A stretch of 64,000 nt of DNA, from contig OZ004613.1 in NCBI GenBank assembly GCA_963924565.1, positions 15,500,001 through 15,564,000 of the forward strand, written 5' to 3'. Below, in pieces: positions 47,991-61,061 of the stretch (position 1 is the first letter of the stretch; each line of letters opens with the position of its first letter). Source of the stretch: Ascidiella aspersa. Its lineage: Eukaryota. The position numbers were made by a program, and so were the translations under genes. The notes below the pieces were generated by a model, which worked only from the letters and a program-made list of their open reading frames with translations, made no database searches and was not told where the DNA came from.

Positions 47991-48663
47991 CAGTGCTTCT
48001 CAACCTTTTTTTGACCAAAAAACCTTTTTTTTTTTTTTTTTTAAGCGACCAAAATATTAAACGTAAATTAATAACTCAAAAATTACCCAACTTTTTCAAG
48101 CATACCGGTAAGTGAACTACACACATGTAAGACAATTTATAATATAAACATAAAAGTTCAATCTAAGTAATGTGAGCCTTAATTTTGTATTGTTTCTTCA
48201 ACTTTGTCAAAATTGGAGCAATCTTATTCAGTGCCAATCTCATGTCATCTTCCGGCTGAAGACGGTTTCTATTCTTTGTTTTAATGTGAGTGAGCGAAGA
48301 AAATCCGCTTTCACATAAACAGGTAGTAACAAATTGCAAGAGAGCTCTTACTGCGTGCGTGGCAACAATATTTTTTTCGTTCTTGATTTTTGTCACAAAT
48401 TGACCAAGAGTTGCTTTCTTGAATTTATTCGTCAATGATCTGTCGCACTGAACATCAATGAATTCCTCTTTAAATCCAGTAAGGCTTTGGTAGCTTTCAG
48501 GCAAAGCATCGACATTAATTACAAATGTATTGCGCACCCATTCGAAATTTGCACTTTTAGGATTAATCGAATCAATGAAGCTAAATGAGTGACTATGACA
48601 AGCTGGACATCACCAAAGCACACCTCCTCCATATTTTCCAGAAACTGATTAAAAACAGGAAAT
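47991..48663 (-). mobile_element. Truncated second Buster-type hAT: one TIR plus C-terminal dimerisation-domain fragment
   Basis: TIR cagtgcttctcaacc at 47991. ORF fragment FVTTCLCESGFSSLTHIKTKNRNRL, with frameshifted upstream FPVFNQFLEN and EWVRN. Confidence 0.85.
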
Positions 48664-49045
48664 TGTGGGGGGTAATCTTATTATTTGTTCTCACAAACAT
48701 CTTTATGACGTGACGCAAACTCAGATAAACATTTGACTGTGTCTATAAGCAAGTAACACGGAGACGTTACCCGTTAACACGCCTCTGCTAAATGCCTTTA
48801 TAGCCAGGCGATGTGTATTAAAGCCTAACAACGGGATCTTAACTGAATCAGTAAATCGTAACTGGAACTGATTTGGACAATTTAACCAACTGAAATAATG
48901 TAACGGACAGACTTCATTATGCTGGACTGTGTTAGTACTGTACCATGGACTTTAAGCTATTCCTGTAAGTTGATTGCTGTCCTGATGTTCTCAATAAACT
49001 CAGATTCGTTTAATAACTTGCTGTGGCTAAACTGTTAGAACACGC

Positions 49046-49514
49046 CAGTGTTGTAAACAAGTCATTTTGAAATAACTTGAGTCCCAGTCAAGTCATTTGA
49101 AAAATAACTTAAGTCTAAGTCAAGTATTTTGCAAAAAATAACAAGTCTCAGTCCAAGTCATCGGTTGCCCAAGTCAAGTCCCAGTCAAGTCATTATGAGA
49201 GCAAGTCATTTCATGTCATTGTCATAAAAGTAAATTGTTAAACCATTAAAATCGATAAACTCATTCGATAAGGGGCAACAATTTAACTAAAAAATAACAC
49301 AAAGGCAATATACAGCAATAAAAGTGTTTAATGTGCAAAACTTGGGATACATTTTAATCAAAAACACTTAATTTAATCCCGAGATATTTAACAACATGAC
49401 TTAAGTCCAAGTCAAGTCATTCTGGCCAAAAGACTTAAGTCAAGGCAAGTCATTTGAAAACAGTGACTTAAGTGCACTTAAGTCAAGTCAATGACTTAAG
49501 TCATTGCAACCCTG
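49046..49514. mobile_element. hAT-like MITE with dense CAAGT/GACTT subterminal repeats
   Basis: TIR cagtgttgtaa / ttgcaaccctg, perfect 8-bp TSD gaacacgc. Confidence 0.9.
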
Positions 49515-50702
49515 GAACACGCAACATTTCAAGCAACCTTCGATCAACCTTAACAAACGGAGCCAGACTCAAATCATAGAAGAAACCAGCATCAGCTTCA
49601 AACAAATTCAGTTTAGCCCCGCAAATGGTGACCACCGTGTTAAGGAACGTCAATCAGCGTCTGGAATTAAGCGCCGCCATAAAGCGTTACATCTGAAGCA
49701 ACAAGTTTTCAAGAAGAAATCTTTCATCGTTGGATCAGGCAAATCGTTGAACCTTTCAACTTCACAACTAAGCCGCAACGTTCATTCGAACAAAACCAAC
49801 AACAGAAGAAGAAGACAGCCTACGAGCAACGAACCTTCCTCATCATTTGTCGAACAAATTGCAGGCGCACCTAACTAAATGTTCACAAAGAGAACAAAGC
49901 GCCGCCAATCAACATTGGAGGAAATGGCACCGCAGCGATGCAAATCGCAATTCGCCGCTGGATGTCTTTGAAACTTTTGCTTAAACTGCTAAGCAAACAA
50001 GGTGAATGTCGATCTATATTACAAAATATATAGTCAAAATCTAAGTTTACCGCCGATCGAAAGATCTGTTCATTTATTTTGTGAAACACGATTAATAGGC
50101 TAAGCTATGAATGTTAAAAATGTGCATATAGTTTAAAGTTTTGATAACAGCGCTAAAACTTGTAAATATTGATTTTATTTTGTTGTGCACGAAACAATTT
50201 CGTAAATTTGGTAAATTTCCAAATTCTTTTAAACATTTGGTACGTTTTTGGGTTTTAGTTAGGGAAGTCTGAATCAAAGCACGCACAACGCGTCTAGTTA
50301 GGTAGATTACAAAAACACGACACGAGACGTCAAATTCCTCGTAAAATTTCCACGCGCGACACATATGCTTCAATTCGTGCAAGTCCAAACACGAATTTAG
50401 GGATAAGCCCATTATACCTGCCTTTTTTAAAAGCAATAGTGAAAAAGCAGCAATTTAGAAACGTGTTTTTATGCACTGCGTTTGTTTGAAACTAACTTAA
50501 ACGAAATGTGCTATTTAACAACCACAAAAAATTGAACAAATAACTGCCTTTCTTTTGTTTTGTTTTTCAAAGGTTTCCATTGCATTGCACGATTGTGAAC
50601 GACTGAACTTGACAAACAACAGAGCGAGATGTACAGCAGTTCATGTTGAACTTCGAAACACCAACAGAAGATTGTTCATCTTGCTGCTACATGTACCAAA
50701 TT

Positions 50703-51068
50703 CAGGGATGCCGGAGCGATTTCAGGGCAAGGGGGGCGACTTTTTTGGTAAGGGCAACATAGACCGCAGGCGAGCGTAGCGAGACGAAATATTGGCGGGT
50801 CCGTGGGTACTCCCCCGGAAAAATTTTTGCTGCCACCCCCTCTAGATTGGCTTAAAATGGTACCAAAAATGTTTTAACAAATGTCAACCATGTCATTTTA
50901 CGAATTTTTTTGCATTTTTCCAAAGCTCAAGCCCTACTTATATCGCCCCTGTGGACTAGTACAATATATCATTTTTCATGAAAAGGGCACTTTTGTCCCC
51001 CCTTGCCCCCCTTGCAAACCTTAGCAAAGGGCAGGAGGGTCGCTTTTGAAAATTCCCGAATCTCCTTG
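50703..51068. mobile_element. GC-rich hAT-like MITE remnant
   Basis: cagggatgccggag start, gggcaagggggg/cccccttgcccc inverted motifs and gcgagcgtagcgag. No TSD found. Confidence 0.5.
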
Positions 51069-52273
51069 TGCAGAGTGACAAATCTCTCCAATTCCACGGG
51101 ATACCCAACTCACATTAGAAAAGTATATCAGGTGTTGAAATTCAGCAATAAATTATTCTCATAGTTTTTCAAACAGTCGTGAATTCGGAGACTTTTTCAT
51201 GAAGTTGACCATATGGATTTTAACGAGCATGACATTTTCTTATTTAGTTAAAAGCATGCGAAATGCTAAATTTTCTCGATGGACGAAGAAGTGATTGATT
51301 TGGCCTAATACATTGAGATTAATTTGTTTTACACCAGCCGTAAACCCCCGCGGGATCCAAGCGTGAATGGAGCTTCATCAATGCAAATACTGGAGTCTAC
51401 TCTAATTTCTCTTTATAAATGAGTTGACCAAAGCAAAAATATCTTCACCTCGGGTGGTTGTTTTTATAGTTTTGCAACATAAAAGTCTTCTGTCAAATTG
51501 TTTACACCAAGATAGCGGACATAAACAAGTAGCTGAGCATTATAACTTATGTCAGTACTTTTGTCAATAGCAGGCTAAACTCTCGAGCCCGTTTTGGAAA
51601 GAATGTTGTGCTTATAGTATTCAAATGACGCTTAGGGGGTATATGAATTGCAAGTACAACAAGATTAATTATTTTGTCCGGACAAAAATAAAAAATCGCC
51701 TAAATGAACGTTAGTGGCATAAATCCCTCGTCTATACCTATCGTATCCGTATGCATACAACACAACACAATTAACTTTAAGGTTTTAAAATATGCCGTTT
51801 TTTGCACGAACAACACTACCGGTACCATGTTTTATTTCGGTTTAGCTTTGCGCATAAGTGTCTAGTAGAATCTAGGACAGCGTATATACATTTTATAACT
51901 GTCAATGGTTAGGGAAAACAGTTTTATTTTTAAATTACGTGAGTGGTCGTCCATAGAAGTTGACACGTCAACTCACGCTTTCATTAGGGTATGACGCATT
52001 CGACGTGGAACGAGTATAGTGGACATCGACTATTTAAAACCAGGTAGACTTCGTATTTATAAAGCCGCAATTAACTTGTAGCCTAATGAATACATCTATA
52101 ATGTTAATTATGGATTGATGTGTTCAAAAGATAGTACACAAACACGTGGCGCTTTAAGTTGTTTAATGGTCGCTTGTTTATAAGCTGGAACTGTGGTAAT
52201 AATGAATGTATTTACAGTGATCACTCTTATCTGATAGGCCTCTCTGCAATTAGGTGTAAAGCAAAGCAAAGCG

Positions 52274-55200
52274 ATGCCGCTCTACGTAGCAAATGTTTTT
52301 CTGCTATCCCTACTAACATTAAGTGCGTGTTATGAAGTGACAAGGCCAAGTAAGTATATTCAATATTTCATAAGTGATTTATCGGAATCAAGTTAAAGCT
52401 TGGCTCTGTTTGTCGTACTTGTACGTGAAAAAAGGTATGCATTAACGCGAAATTATTAAAAGCGCAATTGTTGCTTAAACTTACAACTTAGTAAATCGGG
52501 TCGATTTAAATCATAGGACATTCTTTATCTCAGAATGCACCGACATTTACCCGACACAAACTTGCATCAACAAAAAGGCGGAAGGATTTTGTCGAATTCG
52601 GCGATACATGGATGGTTGTTGCGCAACTTGCAATAACAGAGGAAATCAGGGTAGGGTAAATCAAATTCTTAAAACGATAACTCGAAAATAGAAATCTACG
52701 TTTAGGTGTCATAAGCAATGCGCACCATTTTGAGGAGTCGGTATAATTAATGTAATATCTTAAAACGGGTTAATCTATTAAATCACACACTTACAAATGT
52801 TTTATTTGCAGTTGTATGTAGTGCAGGTTGATTTCTGATCCCCTGTAACGACTTATATGTTATTTTTATTTGTTAAGTAAGCCCATTTGTTTTACATGAT
52901 TAACGTTGGTGCACTTATATTTATTTAAAAAGTTAGAATGTTTTCTTATCAGAGTTTAATTCCGAAACAGTAAATTAGGTATAAATTAGAAAACTTGGTG
53001 TTGAACTATCCGCCATACCAGTGATTCCCAAACTGTGTGCCGCGGCACAAGTGTGCCTCAAGAGATTGACAAGTGTGCCGCCAAAGTTTTTGCAATTTCG
53101 TAAATAAGAACATTTACCAATAGGAACATTTACCAATAAATAAGAACATTTACCAATAGGTACACGCAAGCATTTTAGACTTAAATACGCACTATTCATT
53201 AAAAATTAATAATATTGAGACATTTACATATAGTAGGTCTTGTGTCAAGGGCGATCGTAAAATGACTCTATTGTTGTTCTGTTAAAAGTGTGCCGCGAAA
53301 TAGTTAAAAAAATTTTAGTGTGCCGCGAGCCAAAAAACTTTGGGAACCACTGGCTATACTAATAATTTTTTGTGCGAGCCGTAAATCCATCAATATTTAA
53401 ACGATGTAAACCTTATAGTAAAAACATATTATTTTGGAAAATTAAACTTTGTAAACTTAACTAATTTTACAGCTCAACAAAGAATGCAACCGACGATTGC
53501 AGACGTGCAAACAGATGTTGCAAAAGTTAACAATGCTCTACAACGACTCAGTGGTAATTAAACGCTGTAATATTAAGGGTAACAGCCTTTATTTAGTCTC
53601 TTGGAGGTTTAATGCGTATACCTAGTCAAAATTACTAGGTTTTTTAAGTTTCTAACTAAAATATTGCCCATAATTATGCACTATCAATAAACCAGGTATT
53701 TTAGTTTACATTAATATATTTATATGTTCCAACATGGCAGGTCCGCAAAAAAATATTTTTTTCTTGGGGCTTTGTTTACGCTTAAAATTAAATGTGGTTT
53801 ATGGGACTCGGCTGTTTTGGCACCTGTTTTTTGGCCCTGTTCGGGGTTATTGGTGGGCAATGGGCGGGGTTAGAAAATGGGTTCCCAGCTAACAATTTGA
53901 CGTCGCAGCGACGTAGATTTTTGGTTTAAGTTTGGTCGATAAGACGTTGCAACCAACGTTATTTCTACGTAAAAACGTCGACACTTTACGACCTAGATGC
54001 GACGTTGCGCAACTACGTTATTTATACGTTCATCATAAACGTTATTTTTACGTAGAAGTGTCTACTCCAGACGACGTAGATTAGACGTTGCAAATTACGA
54101 TGTTCAGCGACGTTATTTATATGTTTATCATGAACGTTATTTTCACGTAAAAGTGTCGACACCAAACGATGTAGATGCGACGTTGTGCAACTACGTTATT
54201 TAGACGTTTATCATGAACGTTATTTTCACGTAAAAGCGTCGACACTTTACGACCTAGATGCGACGTTGTGCAACTACGTTATTTATACGTTTATCATGAA
54301 CGTTGTTTTTACGTAGAAGTGTCTATTCCAGACGACGTAGATTAGACGTTGCAAATTACGATGTTCAGCGACGTTAATTATAAGTTTATCACAGACGTTA
54401 TTTTTACGTAAAAATGTGTGATCCGGACAAAGTTCATGCGACGTTGGAAACTACGTTGTAAAACTAGGTTATTGAAAGCGTTCACATTGTTATGTTTGCG
54501 TAATAGTTTGGACTCCATGCCCTACAAATTACGTTTGCAATGGAGTTACAAATTACGTTCGCAACTACGGTATAATGCGCAAAAAAGAAACATAATAACG
54601 ATGTTTTTGCACTTTTAAAACACTTATACTTGTTTTAACATATCTGACTGTAATTATTTACACTTGCAAATTCTTACTAAATCTTCTAAACAATTACCAT
54701 CCAGGAAAATATAGAAATAATATAGTATTGAAGTAAAACAAACACGGCAGTATAAAAATGTTGACAATAAAGAACTGTAAAAAAGACAAGAAAACTGAGA
54801 AAATTGGTCTGTGGACCTGCAAAACACACAAATTTTATAGTGTTACTTAAATAGCTCTATTACACTAACACAGTCTAAAAGACAAATTTGAAAAAGTTTT
54901 GCATTTCACAGACTATGTGTAAAACAATGCACATTAAAACAGGAAAGTAACGTTAACAACAACAACGTATTGAAAAAATAAGAACAATACAAATCCAGCG
55001 GTGTAAAACGAAAATCCAGCAGTTTAATCCGAATCTGAATGCATGTGTGATACATCGAGAGAGCTGTTGGCAAATAATATAAAAATTAGGGAATAGGGAA
55101 GTGACTGCTAGGGCTATAGGGTCGAACAGGGGAATATATACCTTATAAAAATGGCTCATGTGTTTGTCAAGCTAAGGAAAACCCCATCATTTCATCTGTT

Positions 55201-58200
55201 TAAGCTGCATTAACTGGGAAATGTGATTAATGACTACAAACATAACTTTTAACTTTATTTACCTTATGAAACCAAATCGAAATGAGCAAAGCCAAAAAAA
55301 CTAATTGCAATGATGCACGTGCTTCTACATGGTACAATAAATGCCCGACTGGTTGCCTTAAACAAAAAATTTAAAATAACCTGATAGTTATTTCATGTTA
55401 TTTTTCTTTTTTTTTTTTTTCAAAATTTAGATGTGCCATTTACTAATTTAGCCAAGCACAGAAATTTTATATCACTGTTAATGTATTTTCTTGTGCAACC
55501 TGAATTTGTTTGGTAAAATTTAGGATCAAGAATTTTAAGCTCCTTTTTTTGCCAATAATAACATTTAATAATGAATATTAGTATTTTTTACATTTTTTAA
55601 ACTTTGTTTTTATATTAAAAAAATATAGACCATTCTTAGTACTAGTCTATGGTATAATTTTTTCCCAATAATTTTGTCATATTATGTTTATTTTGCCTTT
55701 ACTTATTGTGTGATAGCGTTTTGTGCTGTGTAGCTTCTGGTCCACAGAATGCAGACTGGTCAGAAATATATAAAATTAAAATTCTGGTGACATTGTATAA
55801 CTATCACTGGTAGATTTTGAAAAAAATTGCTGCCCAAATAAAGAAATTTAAACGCAGCCAGGATACATTTTAAAGTCTTTGTTGTTAGCATCTAGGGCAA
55901 TTGCAAGCATAAAACAAAACAGTAAGAGTCAAATAAATATAATAATTAACAAAAATCTTGAAAATATTAATCACTAATTTACCTGTAAATATTCATGAGC
56001 AGCCAAGTTCATGAGGAATATCTTTAAAGTGTACCCTTCTTCAAATCCCACCTTGAACTTTTAATCAAGCCTTTAGTCGAGATCTTCAGTAATGAATTTT
56101 CAAGTGTTCATTTGGGGTTTTATGCACACCCAAGGTATTTACGCTGGCATGATACAAAGATCAAGATTTGCATTAAAATTGTCTAAAAAGTTTGGGTGTT
56201 CACTCGCCGTAGAATGCAATTGGGCGCTGGTCTAGAATCCTACCACATTGATTAAATCAACGCACAATATTTGGGTTAGGGTGCGAGTTAGCGTTTGGGT
56301 GGGTCAAGTATTATTATATCTATTATTTAATACTTGACCCACCCTAATCCAAAATGCTAACCCGCACCCTAACCCAAATATTGTGCACTGTGGTAGGATT
56401 CTAGACCAGTGCCTGCAATTGTCCACAGAGGTAATAGAGCTTGTTTTTCTATGTTAGATGAAAATTAGTGGAGGCTTTGAAGTCATTTATTCAGTAAATT
56501 ATTTTGTTTCCTACTTAAAATAAAAGTTATAAATAAAACTACAAATACAGCTTAGACTATTTAACCTGAAAATATATTTGATAACAAAGCCTAATCTTTT
56601 TATGTAACCCTAATCTTCATGGTTTAAGGAAAACAACCTAAATATCTAACAAGCACTCTAGCGCTGAGCTGCCAAAACTTATTTTGAATTCCAATGTCCT
56701 GATAGCAAATGTTCAAACTGGACTGTGATGTCATCCGCATATTGGCCAATCACGAGTTTACGCGCCGTTCGAAATCCGCCAAAAAAAAGCAGCAGGGAGC
56801 GACATTCTTGTCTATCCAGGAAACTGCGTCTGTAGCGGTCGCTGCGCTAAGTACTTTTTCATGCGATTTGTTTCATGTAAAGACAATGTTACTAAAATGC
56901 TATCTTAAATTAAGTCACATCTCTATTTTATGTAAGCATAACTAAGTATACTTCTTTACATTTTCTAAAAAAGTTAATCAAAACACATTACAGAAAAAAA
57001 CAAATATTTTGTACATAGGCTACATAATCCCGACGCATTCCTTAAAAGAGAGCATTTCTATTTAACGAAAATTAAAACTTGGAAAGTTAGTTTTGACGTC
57101 GGTAAACAACGTTTTTTATACGACACGTATGACATTTTGATTCGATTGTACTTCAGCTCAGTCGAAAAAACTGTGTATCACACGGAAATTCGTCTAAAAT
57201 CAGTTACCTTCAACGTAAGTAGGCTAATTGATGTTGTTTCTACCTCACGTTTAACGTTTTAATAGGGTTCCTTTGACGTTTGTAACAACGCTAAACAATA
57301 TTAATGAAATGTTTTAATTTATGTATAAAATAGTCTAAAACAAGTTGACCTCGATGTCAGGTATATACCTTGTTGTATACGTCACGTTTAACGTTTTAAT
57401 CCGGTTGCATTGTGGTTTGCCGTAACCTTCGAAATGACTACGATCATTCAAGATGTTGCAAATTTGGTCGCGTTTTAGTTTATCGTAATGTCAAGAAATA
57501 AAGTTATTGGAACTTTTGAAAATAGCATTTAAAATGGTTTCAAATAAGTTATCTTCAGCGACAGTTATCATTGCTTTTTGCATATGGGCCACGTATGATG
57601 TTTTGAATTGGTTATATTGAAGATTGTAATAACGTTGAAAAATAACGTTATATTAACGTTAAAAATGACGTATAAAATAGTCTAATTCTAAACACAAGTA
57701 AGCTTCGATGTCAGTATTTACCGTAGTTTTTACGTCACGTGAAGTTCTAATTAGATTGCATTGTTGTTAGTTACAAACCAAAAAATAACGTTGTTAAAAC
57801 GCTTAAAATCACGTCCAAAATGCTGTCAAAGAAGTTAGCTTTGACCTTGGAATTCAACGTCATTTATACTTCACGCGTGACGTTGTCAGTTAGTTGGATC
57901 TTAGTTTGTCGCAACGTCAAGAAATAACGTTATTAAAACGTTTAAAATTACATCCAAAACGGTCTTAAATAAGTTAGCTTTGACGTCAGAAATCACCGTT
58001 GATTGTACGTCACGTATGATTTAATAAATTGGGTCCATTGTGGTTTCTCACGACAACGTATGAAATGAAATCAAGTTTACTTTGACGTGATTAATTAACG
58101 TTGCATGTACGTCACCTATGACGTTCTAAATTGGTTACATTAAGGTTGGCAATAAGGTTGAGAAATGACGTTATTAAAACGTTAGAAATGATGTATAAAA

Positions 58201-61061
58201 TAGTCATAAAAAAATTATCCTTGTTACAAAAGGTAACGTTGTTGTTTCGTCACGTTTTACGTTTTAATTATATAACATTGTAGTTAGTCAAAACGGTAAA
58301 ATGACGTTATTATAACGCTTAAAATGGCGTCCTGGTCTCCAAGAAATTAGCTTTGATGTCAGAATTTAATGTTGTTTGTACGTCACGTATCACGTTGTAA
58401 ATTAGTTACATCAATGGTGGTCACAAAGTTTAAAAATAATGTTAGCAAAATGTTCGCTCTGACGTACAAAATAGCCTAAAACAAGTTATTAGCCTCGAAG
58501 TAAGTAATTAACCTTGTTCGTACGTCACCTTTGACGTTATAATCAGGTTACATTGTGGTGCGCCACGATATTTTTAAAGAATACCATTGAATTGAAAAAA
58601 AAAAAAAAGACGTTAGTTTTGACGTCAGTAAACAACGTTTTTAGTACGTGATTTATGACGTTTTAAAATAAGTTGTATTTGGTTTGTTTCAACGTTACGA
58701 AAGAACGTTAATCAAACGTTTGAAGTTACGTTAAAATTTGTCTATAACAAGTTAATTGTGACGTCAGAAATGAACGTGAATTCTACGTCACGTATGACGT
58801 TCTAAGCTGGTTGCGTTATAGTTTTACGGAACGTTAAATATACAGCGTTAATTAAACGTGTAAAAGACGTCTAAACCGGTCTAAAAATGTTAGATTTTAC
58901 GTCAGTAATAAACGTTATTTGCATGTCACCTATGACGTTGTAAATTTGTTTCATTGTGGTTCGTCGCAACGTTAAAAAATAACGTTCAACAAACGTTCAA
59001 AGTGACGTCCAAAATGATGTAAAACATGTTAAGATCGACGTCTGTAATCAACGTTGTTTATACGTTACAAATGACGTTGAAATTTGGTCGCATTGCGGTT
59101 TTTCTTAACGTTAATTTTGACGTTAGTGCAACGTTTTACATTACGTTTTGATAACACGGCCTCGACGTATTTTCTTAACGTTCGTTTGGACACATTCCCA
59201 CAACGTTTACTTAGTTTAAAAAAAAGATCCGAACGTCGAAAAAACGTTGTGTGTTAGCTGGGTTAAGGTTGATATTATTAGGGGAGTTAGTGTTGTAGAC
59301 CACTTGTAAAATGTTTTATAGTCCTGATTCTGGTCATTTAGGTCTAATTCCGAGGGTTAATACCTTGTTCCGATTTAGACAGTAATAAGACTATTAGGTA
59401 TTAGTCCTATTTTTGCCCTATTCCGAGGTTGATGTTGTTCTTATTTCGATTTTACGGCTGAAGCCCTCTAATTTTACCCAAGAATTAAGAACTGAAGAAT
59501 AACAGAATCACTATTATTTGACGTAGTAAGCAAGTAGTGGGGGATTGCGGCAGACTGTTGCCGCGGGCCACATTATTATGTAAAACCAGAAACTGTCTGC
59601 GGGCCGCTAAAAATCCCATCGGGACCCGGCCCGCGGGCCGTGTGTTGCCCGCCCCTCTACTAGACGATGGTGTAAATTAGGGTCCCCAGTTTAAATAGTT
59701 ATTCGTGATTATAAACTTGAGCTTTTTATTAAACAGAAAGTAATTCATTGTTGATTGGCTCCAACGTTTTTTTATTGTTTTGTAATTCTTAATAAAATGT
59801 TTCTTTTACTGCAGATAAGCTGGTCGGATTTATCGACTTAATTCGCCCAACATTGCAAGGTCGGTGTCATTACAAAACGACGTTATCGCACACTTTTTAA
59901 CCATTTAACTATGCAACAACCGCTAAGCCTTACAAAGCTTTCTTTTATCTTCCTAATAATTTCAGTTTACTAGTTTTATGAATAAAAACGTTTAACCAAT
60001 ACGTTTTATTTATACAGCAAACTGCTTTTCCGTGTTTTCCGATTCCTGGACTCCATCATTCGTAGTAATTTGTCCACCCAATTGTATAAATCAATACAAG
60101 GCGGATCTATGGGGCAGCAGGCTTTACACAAATTCTTCGAGCATTTGTAGATCTGCGATCCACGATGGAAAGATTTCAAGTAAGCCGTTAATGTTATCAG
60201 GCAAGCGACTAAGAAGATTACTAGCCATTCCAAATATTACCAGAGGCGGTTCCAGGGGGCCACGTGGCCACGTGGCCATGACCCTATGGTTAGACATTTT
60301 TGCCTACCTAATTTAACAAAGTAAACACCAGTTTGTTTCGCGCTCCGTGAGAATCCGAATTATGTTTCTAGTGGATCATATTCCATTTTGATAAACTGTA
60401 TAGTCTAAATGCCAAAAAAATGCGTCACCGCACTTTCGAAAACAAAGGTTTTGTCAACATATTTCGCTTGGCGCGAATCAACAACATTTTTCAATAATGT
60501 AGCGGTTATATTGAAAGTAATCCCTCTGCTTTGTCGATGCTGTTTGGGCTATAACAAGAAAATGGTTGTTCGAAGGCCTGCGGAGTCGGTTTAAAATTAC
60601 TTAAGTCCCGGCCTATGAAATAGAGCCGAGTACGATTGGCCAGTATATAGATGGATAACTAAATAAAGTATATCGAGTAGTTTTACTCGAGTTTAAAATC
60701 CCGCCAATTAAACCGGTTTCCTCGGGTTTCAAATCCGATCCGACTCCATAGCCCTGGTTGTGCCTTTTTTATGTACGAATGCTTCCCACACACTATTTAA
60801 CGTCATTGCTTTTATTCAGATGCTGGTGGATATGTTTTAGTTAGCAAGTTTGCTAGACAGACATACTTCCCAGGAACATACCAGAACGGTATAATATCGC
60901 GCAGCGACATGCAGATGCAGTTCTCCTATATTCTACAATTTGTTGACTTTCAATTTGGAAACCAACAGCGAACGCGCCAAAATGTCTTTTCCATGCCTTC
61001 CTCAAAAGTGCGGATCGAAAGTCCGAAAATTCAAAGAAAAAACGGAAAGGACAAGATTTAG
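52274..61061 (+). CDS. Secreted 240-aa protein: signal peptide, PLAC-like Cys module, coiled-coil-like linker, LCCL domain
   Basis: Exons 52274-52349, 52534-52650, 53473-53553, 59815-59859, 60018-60179 and 60820-61061, all with phase-1 GT-AG introns (723 nt). CTD..C..FC...YMDGCCATC follows the PLAC pattern; CPPNC...LWGSRLYTNSSSICRSAIHDG...GGYV...QNGIIS is LCCL. Confidence 0.85.
53019..53352. mobile_element. Buster-type hAT MITE with GTGTGCCG subterminal repeats
   Basis: TIR cagtgattcccaaa / tttgggaaccactg. TSD only approximate. Confidence 0.8.
53930..54600. repeat. Left subterminal tandem array, ~83-95-bp units with a ~261-bp higher-order repeat
   Basis: Recurring gtcgacac...tagatgcgacgttg...acgttattt...tcatgaacgtt. 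The block at 53977 recurs at 54238. Confidence 0.88.
56223..56413. mobile_element. GG-TIR palindromic MITE (same family as 17111-17322) nested in the 5.4-kb element
   Basis: TIR ggcgctggtctagaatcctaccaca with one mismatch; perfect TSD tgcaattg. Confidence 0.9.
57080..59250. repeat. Right subterminal tandem array of about 15 diverged ~139-bp units
   Basis: gttag..ttgacgtcag...acgtcacgtatgacgtt recurs at about 57834, 57973, 58612, 58751, 58889 and 59028. Confidence 0.88.
59535..59657. mobile_element. Short hAT-type MITE remnant with GCGGGCC motifs
   Basis: gccgcgggcc / ggcccgcgggccg repeats and a ttgcccgcccct end. Confidence 0.55.

Larger units (their letters stand above)
53884..59262. mobile_element. 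5.4-kb non-autonomous DNA transposon with CCCAGCTAACA TIRs, 2-bp TT TSD and ACGT-rich subterminal arrays (EnSpm/CMC-like by structure)
   Basis: cccagctaaca at 53884 and tgttagctggg ending at 59262, with TT on both sides. It splits a host repeat whose empty copy is at 5660-5990. No transposase ORF seen. Confidence 0.85.

Noticed and set aside
53900-59250. Regularly spaced repeats resembling a CRISPR array
   Set aside because: Whole units are homologous with no unique spacers, no cas genes are present, the context is a spliceosomal intron, and the arrays lie within TIRs.
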